Below are positions 48,967 to 54,115 of a stretch of 54,115 nt of DNA, in pieces. Positions within the stretch are counted from its first letter, which is position 1; every line of letters begins with the position of its first letter. This DNA comes from Actinomycetota bacterium (GTDB lineage: Bacteria > Actinomycetota > Humimicrobiia > Humimicrobiales > Humimicrobiaceae). The position numbers and the translations under genes were made by a program. The notes beneath the pieces are model-generated. The model ran no database searches and was not told the origin of the DNA. It saw only the letters and a program-made list of their open reading frames with translations. Location: contig DUQM01000021.1 of the NCBI GenBank assembly GCA_012837825.1, positions 1 through 54,115 of the forward strand, read 5' to 3'.

Positions 48967-49503
48967 ATGAAGAAACTGTTAATTGCAATAAGTCTTATTA
49001 TGGCATTATCGCTGGTAATTCCTGTTGTAAGCTGTGCAAGAGTGGGTTCAAAGATCGCTGAAAATGCTATTGAGAAAGCTCTTGAGAAATCTTCAGACGG
49101 AAATGTGGATCTTGATCTTGAAAAAGGCGGAGCAGTTGTAAAAGACGAAAAAGGCGGAGAAACACAGATAGGCGAAAATATCAGTTTGCCGGAAGGCTGG
49201 CCGAATGATGTTCCTGTTTATCCCGATACGAATTTTTCCATGTCGACAAAGACAAAAAACGGTGAAACAGGCAAAAACGAATATGCAGTTTGGGGAATAG
49301 TTACCAAAGGCTCAGTAGAAGAAGTTTATAACTGGTATAAAGAAAAATTATCCGGCTGGGAGTTTATAACCGATCAGTACACAAAATCCGATGACGGTGA
49401 TCTGGCATTTCTTTATTTGAAAAGCAAAGCCTATGAAGTATCTGTTACAATCGGCGAGTCAAGTGATGAAGCCTCCCTGGGGATGCAGATAATCGAACGA
49501 TAA
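48967..49503 (+). CDS. small lipoprotein of unknown function
   Basis: MKKLLIAISLIMALSLVIPVVSC lipobox. The ORF opens at 48877, but the signal peptide begins at 48967. Confidence 0.6.
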   Translation: MKKLLIAISLIMALSLVIPVVSCARVGSKIAENAIEKALEKSSDGNVDLDLEKGGAVVKDEKGGETQIGENISLPEGWPNDVPVYPDTNFSMSTKTKNGETGKNEYAVWGIVTKGSVEEVYNWYKEKLSGWEFITDQYTKSDDGDLAFLYLKSKAYEVSVTIGESSDEASLGMQIIER

Positions 49504-49562
49504 TTTTATCGATAATATCGATAAAATAAAGATAAGAAAAAATTAAATATTCTATTTTAAAG

Positions 49563-49600
49563 CACAGAAGACAGCGGGCTGTTTTTCTGTGTTTTAATTT
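49563..49600 (+). terminator. rho-independent terminator after the lipoprotein gene
   Basis: Hairpin CACAGAAGACAGC-GGG-GCTGTTTTTCTGTG, followed by TTTT. Confidence 0.6.
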
Positions 49601-49623
49601 ATTTCGCGGTATTTGTGAAAAAA

Positions 49624-49652
49624 TTGGTAAATAAGGATTTTTTTTATATAAT
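49624..49652 (+). promoter_or_regulatory. putative sigma-70-type promoter for fhs (TTGGTA-17-TATAAT)
   Basis: -35 at 49624-49629 and -10 at 49647-49652, about 48 nt before the TTG start at 49700, which is preceded by AAGGGGGAG. Confidence 0.4.
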
Positions 49653-49699
49653 TTGTTTGTAATTTATCATCAAACCCATGATTAAAGAAGGGGGAGCAG

Positions 49700-51397
49700 T
49701 TGAAAAGCGATATTGAAATTGCTCAGGCGGCCAAAATCAAACCAATCGTCGAAATTGCAGAATCAATAGGTCTTAACGAGGATGATCTTGAGTTGTATGG
49801 AAAACACAAAGCAAAAGTAAAGCTTGAAGTACTTGAAAAATTCAAAGACAAACCAGATGCAAAATATGTTGACGTTACAGCAATAACGCCAACGCCCATG
49901 GGAGAAGGAAAAACTGTTACCACAATAGGCCTGGGAATGGCATTAAACAGAATAGGCAAAAAAGCAGTGACCTGCATAAGACAGCCTTCCCTGGGGCCTG
50001 TTTTCGGAATAAAAGGCGGTGCTGCCGGAGGAGGTTATTCACAGGTTCTGCCGATGGAGGACTTCAATCTTCATCTTACAGGAGATGTGCATGCCGTAGG
50101 GGTTGCCCATAACCTTCTTGCTGCATTTCTTGATGCCCATATAATGCATGGCAATGATCTTAATATAGATCCTTACAGCATAACTCTCAACAGAGTCGTG
50201 GATGTCAATGACAGGGTGCTGAGAAATATAGTAGTAGGGCTTGGCGGAAAGGTAAATGGAATTCCAAGGGAAACAGGATATGATATTACTGTGGCATCGG
50301 AAGTAATGGCAATCCTGGCACTTACAACAAGCCTTAAGGATCTGAGAAAAAGACTTGCAAGAATGGTTATAGGAACTGATTATGAAGGAAGGCCTGTAAC
50401 TGCCGAAGATTTAAAGTGCGCCGGAGCAATGACAGTTCTTTTAAAGGATGCAATCAAACCCAATCTCCTTCAGACAATAGAGCATAATCCCTGTTTTGTG
50501 CATGCCGGTCCTTTTGCAAATATAGCTCACGGCAACAATTCCGTTCTTGCAGACATGATGGCAAGCAAGCTGGGAGAATATGTTGTGACTGAAAGCGGTT
50601 TTGGCGCTGATCTCGGAGCCGAAAAGTTTATGAACATCAAATGCAGATACAGCGGACTCAAACCTTCGGCAGCGGTTATAGTAGCAACAGTCAGGGCACT
50701 GAAAATGCATGGCGGAGGCTTTGAATTCATTCCCGGAAAAGGCGTTGACAGGGAAAAGATGGAAGCAAAAAATGTGGAAGCAGTGAAAAAAGGCTGTGAA
50801 AATCTTATAAAAATGATTGAAAATATAAAAATATTCGGCATACCTGCTGTTGTAACGGTAAATACATTTACAGCTGATTTTCCTGAAGAAATAGAGGCAG
50901 TAAAGGAAGCAGCCCTGAATGCCGGAGCTGATTCATGTGTTGTAAGCGAAGTGTGGGCAAAAGGCGGCGCAGGGGGCGAAGAGCTTGCAGAAGCTGTTAT
51001 AAAAGCTTGTAGCAAACCCGGCAATTTTAAATTCCTTTATCCCCTTGAAGCATCGATCAAAGAGAAAATAGAGATTATTGCCACAAAGATATATGGAGCA
51101 GACGGAGTGGATTATCTGCAGAAAGCTGAGGAAAAAATTGCACTTTATACGAAGCAGGGGTTTGACAGGTTACCTATATGTATGGCAAAAACACATCTTT
51201 CATTAAGCCATGATCCTAACCTTAAAGGAAGGCCCAAAGGTTTCAGAATACCCATAAGGGATGTAAGGACTTCGATAGGAGCAGGTTTTCTTTATCCCCT
51301 TCTTGGAGAAATGAGAACAATGCCCGGACTGCCAAAGACACCCGCAGGCACCAAAGTCGATATCGATGAAAAAGGCAATATTGTAGGTCTGTTTTAA
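49700..51397 (+). CDS. fhs: formate--tetrahydrofolate ligase
   Basis: SDIEIAQ, TPTPMGEGKTVTTIGL, and the full-length (565 aa) FTHFS pattern. Confidence 0.95.
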   Translation: MKSDIEIAQAAKIKPIVEIAESIGLNEDDLELYGKHKAKVKLEVLEKFKDKPDAKYVDVTAITPTPMGEGKTVTTIGLGMALNRIGKKAVTCIRQPSLGPVFGIKGGAAGGGYSQVLPMEDFNLHLTGDVHAVGVAHNLLAAFLDAHIMHGNDLNIDPYSITLNRVVDVNDRVLRNIVVGLGGKVNGIPRETGYDITVASEVMAILALTTSLKDLRKRLARMVIGTDYEGRPVTAEDLKCAGAMTVLLKDAIKPNLLQTIEHNPCFVHAGPFANIAHGNNSVLADMMASKLGEYVVTESGFGADLGAEKFMNIKCRYSGLKPSAAVIVATVRALKMHGGGFEFIPGKGVDREKMEAKNVEAVKKGCENLIKMIENIKIFGIPAVVTVNTFTADFPEEIEAVKEAALNAGADSCVVSEVWAKGGAGGEELAEAVIKACSKPGNFKFLYPLEASIKEKIEIIATKIYGADGVDYLQKAEEKIALYTKQGFDRLPICMAKTHLSLSHDPNLKGRPKGFRIPIRDVRTSIGAGFLYPLLGEMRTMPGLPKTPAGTKVDIDEKGNIVGLF

Positions 51398-51462
51398 TCA
51401 TTTTTTTTCAAAGATCATTTATTGCTTTCTTATCAAAAAAGATTAAAAGGTCAGAATTTGCA

Positions 51463-52377
51463 ATGGCTGAATTGATTAGCGGAATCAGAATCTCTGCAGA
51501 AATAAAAAATGAAATAAAAGAAGAAGTAAAAGAACTTGTCAGGGTTAAAGGAGTAAAACCCGGTCTTGGGGTTATACTTGTCGGAGAAGATCCTGCTTCA
51601 AAAGTTTATGTGGCAAACAAGCAGAAAGGTTGCGAAGAAGTCGGCTTTCTTTCAGAAACTGCCAGAATGCCGACAGACGCAACAGAAGAACAGATACTAA
51701 GACAGATAAAGCTTTATCAGGGCAGAGACGACATACACGGCCTGCTGGTTCAACTGCCACTGCCGCCGCATATAAACAAAAACAAAATACTATATGCAAT
51801 TTCTCCGGATAAGGATGTAGACGGTTTCCATCCTGTAAACCTTGGGAGGCTTGTTTCCCGGCAAGAGGGGTTTGTTCCCGCAACTCCTGCCGGAGTAATA
51901 GAAATGCTGAAAAGAGAGAAAATAGAGATTAAAGGCAAAAATGCCACAATGGTAGGCCATAGTGAAATTATTGGGAAACCATGTGCCCTGCTTCTTCTAA
52001 ATGAATGGGCCACTGTGACAGTGTGTCATATTGAGACAGCAGATTTAAAATCACACACAAGAGGCGCAGATATTCTCGTAGTGGCAGTCGGCGAGCCGGG
52101 TCTGATAAGAGGAGACATGATAAAAGAAGGAGCAGTTGTAGTAGATATCGGCATAAACAGAATAACAAAGGATAAAGCTGATAAAAAGCTGCTTGAATGG
52201 AGAAAAGAGGATTTTGAAAATAAAGGTGCGACACTTGTGGGGGATGTTGATTTTCAGGAAGCAGAACTCAAGGCCAGCGCAATAACTCCTGTTCCGGGAG
52301 GAGTAGGCCCCATGACTATAGCAATGCTTTTAAATAATACTCTTCTGTCAGCCAAAAGATATGCAGGTATAAGATAA
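51463..52377 (+). CDS. folD: bifunctional methylenetetrahydrofolate dehydrogenase / methenyltetrahydrofolate cyclohydrolase
   Basis: LVGEDPASKVYV, DVDGFHP, PVPGGVGPMT. Confidence 0.95.
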   Translation: MAELISGIRISAEIKNEIKEEVKELVRVKGVKPGLGVILVGEDPASKVYVANKQKGCEEVGFLSETARMPTDATEEQILRQIKLYQGRDDIHGLLVQLPLPPHINKNKILYAISPDKDVDGFHPVNLGRLVSRQEGFVPATPAGVIEMLKREKIEIKGKNATMVGHSEIIGKPCALLLLNEWATVTVCHIETADLKSHTRGADILVVAVGEPGLIRGDMIKEGAVVVDIGINRITKDKADKKLLEWRKEDFENKGATLVGDVDFQEAELKASAITPVPGGVGPMTIAMLLNNTLLSAKRYAGIR

Positions 52378-52515
52378 GAGCCGGTCTGCAGATATGTTGT
52401 AAAAAAAGGTTATATCAGCGCACGCAAAAGATTAAAAAATTATGTTTAAAACAGCACCCGGCTATTTAAAAACTATTGAGTACTATTATATTGCAGGAAC
52501 TGGTATTATTAGTAT

Positions 52516-52791
52516 ATGTATTACGGAAAAGTAATAGGAAACATTGTTTCCACTGTCAAATGTAAAGGGCTTGAAGGGAAAAAACTGCTTGTAGTCAGGC
52601 CGATTGATATGGAAACAAAAACCTTGTCGGATAAATTTATAATTGCTGTTGACACAACATCTTCAGGTATAGGCGATTTTGTTGGTTATGAAGACGGAAA
52701 AGAAGCATCATGGGCTTTTGACCCTGAAGAAGTCCCGACAGATGCTACGGTAATTGCAATAATAGATAAAATCAATATTCTGGGGAATTAA
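52516..52791 (+). CDS. EutN/CcmL family bacterial microcompartment vertex protein (BMC-P)
   Basis: 91 aa. GKVIGNIVSTVK...GKKLLVV...AVDT...G..V is the EutN/CcmL fold signature. Confidence 0.8.
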   Translation: MYYGKVIGNIVSTVKCKGLEGKKLLVVRPIDMETKTLSDKFIIAVDTTSSGIGDFVGYEDGKEASWAFDPEEVPTDATVIAIIDKINILGN

Positions 52792-53061
52792 ATGATACTT
52801 GGGAAAGTAATAGGTTCTGTGGTATGCGCCTTAAAGGATAAAAGCCTTGATGGCAGTAAGCTCTTGCTGGTAAAAGCCATAGATCTCAATGATAATCTTC
52901 TTGAACCATTTGTAGTGGCAGTCGACACCATAGGAGTCGGTATAGGCGAAAAAGTGCTTGTGGTGAACGGAAGTTCGGCAAGAATGACTGATGACACAAA
53001 AGATAAAAGCGTGGATTCTGTTATCGTCGCAAAAGTAGATTCCATGAACATTCAGGAATAA
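52792..53061 (+). CDS. EutN/CcmL family bacterial microcompartment vertex protein (BMC-P), second copy
   Basis: 89 aa. MILGKVIGSVVCALK...GSKLLLV...AVDTIGVGIGEKVLVVNGSSAR. The start abuts the stop of the first copy. Confidence 0.8.
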   Translation: MILGKVIGSVVCALKDKSLDGSKLLLVKAIDLNDNLLEPFVVAVDTIGVGIGEKVLVVNGSSARMTDDTKDKSVDSVIVAKVDSMNIQE

Positions 53062-53089
53062 CTGCGCAATATCAGGAACCGGACAATAT

Positions 53090-54103
53090 TCAATAAAAAA
53101 GCAGGGCAATAAAAATAATATAAAGAGGTATTTTTACAGAAAGACTTAGCCCGGTTTCGTTTTTCTGCATGCTTATTAATGACTTAATCCTTAATTTTAT
53201 TCTCATTTCCGATATGGTCCCGGATATCGAAAAAAACGATGCTGCTTTCGGACATCTGAACTTAAATCCGTATGAAAGATTTCTGATTTTTATTAATGAA
53301 GTAAGAATATTCTCTGCTAATTCTTTGTTTGTTTTGTCTGAGTATTTTAATACCATTCTGTCGCAATCTTTCTCCTGTTCCGCTTTTACAAATGAATGTA
53401 TCAGATAAGATATCGGGTTGTAAAAGTTGATAAGATTAAAATAATAAAGAAGTATATTCAGGATATTATCCTTTCTCTTTATATGGGAAAGTTCATGCAA
53501 AATTATGGTTTCTCTTTCGTCGGCATTAAGAAAGTCAAATATTTCGGTATTAAGTATAATTATATTTTTAATCAGTCCGATGGTAAAAAATCCAAAATTG
53601 CTCCCATGTGCAAAATATATTTCCGGGGTATTTATTTTCATTATCCCGGAATATTTTTTTACAAGTAAATTGATTTCTTTATCCACACATCTGCTGAGAT
53701 TCGGAGAATACATTAATTTTCTCAGATTATAAGAATTCTGATATATGATAAATATAGTTCCGATAACTATAATTGCCAGAAAAATGCAAACAAATACCAT
53801 GCCGATTGTATATAGTTCTCTGTCTCCTGCTACGTCCGGATGAAAAATATTTTTTATTTTTTCAACAAAAAAATAATGGACTTCATTGTCAGAAAAAAAA
53901 TCAGAACTATATCCGAGCTTCAGGGAAGAAGAAAAAGGTTTAATCATTGCAAGAATCATAAGAAATATAAATGATTGCGAATCCTTTATTTTAAATATTT
54001 TGAAAATAAACAAAATCAGAAAAGTGTAAAAGAACGTTTTTAGAAAAACGTAGGAAATATTCTGGATGATTATCAGAGTATTTTCCATAAGCAAATAATT
54101 CAT
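53090..54103 (-). CDS. M56 family (BlaR1/MecR1-like) membrane metallopeptidase without penicillin-sensor domain
   Basis: HExxH as HELSHIKRKD after N-terminal TM helices, and one further TM at the C-terminus. Confidence 0.75.
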   Translation of the reverse strand: MNYLLMENTLIIIQNISYVFLKTFFYTFLILFIFKIFKIKDSQSFIFLMILAMIKPFSSSLKLGYSSDFFSDNEVHYFFVEKIKNIFHPDVAGDRELYTIGMVFVCIFLAIIVIGTIFIIYQNSYNLRKLMYSPNLSRCVDKEINLLVKKYSGIMKINTPEIYFAHGSNFGFFTIGLIKNIIILNTEIFDFLNADERETIILHELSHIKRKDNILNILLYYFNLINFYNPISYLIHSFVKAEQEKDCDRMVLKYSDKTNKELAENILTSLIKIRNLSYGFKFRCPKAASFFSISGTISEMRIKLRIKSLISMQKNETGLSLSVKIPLYIIFIALLFY

Positions 54104-54115
54104 TGCCGGATAATA

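Noticed and set aside
49504-49699. ZTP (pfl) or THF riboswitch upstream of fhs
   Set aside because: The leader is AT-rich and lacks the GC-rich conserved cores of those riboswitches (for example the GGGUCGUG/CCGCCUGGGC-type elements). Only a terminator for the upstream gene and a plausible promoter are seen.

Overview
AT-rich bacterial chromosome segment, roughly one-third G+C by eye. From about 10.2 kb onward the gene order is housekeeping and Firmicutes-like: tig-clpP-clpX-valS-folC, ndk, maf, mreBCD-mrdA-rodA, a radical-SAM pair, rng, rplU-rpmA-obg-proBA-nadD-yqeK, an LCP protein, rsfS-leuS, comEA-comEC-holA, rpsT, murJ, lepA, fhs-folD, two EutN/CcmL genes and an M56 peptidase. Seven tRNA genes are present, all with encoded CCA: Pro; Gly; and an Arg-His-Arg-Lys-Leu cluster. 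The accessory part is the first ~6.5 kb. Directly after the CCA end of tRNA-Pro lies an island of four stand-alone genes: a Fic enzyme, two DUF4143 AAA+ ATPases, and a Schlafen/AlbA_2-HATPase-wHTH protein. These genes are separated by copies of a bipartite repeat that I call Rl and Rr. The Rl/Rr junction falls at a tRNA-like ...CACTCGCACCA end, and no recombinase gene is visible in the window. This arrangement looks like serial site-specific insertion of recombinase-less cassettes into a tRNA 3' end, and it is my best candidate for an undescribed system. A second oddity is a perfect 97-bp duplication of the tRNA-Arg(TCG) 3' end plus trailer, which brackets a 65-nt GC-rich structured insert. 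Other points: a probable ATT start for rplU, orphan tandem BMC vertex genes beside fhs-folD, and low-complexity extensions on trigger factor and the LCP protein. All protein calls come from motif recognition by eye. No database search was possible.
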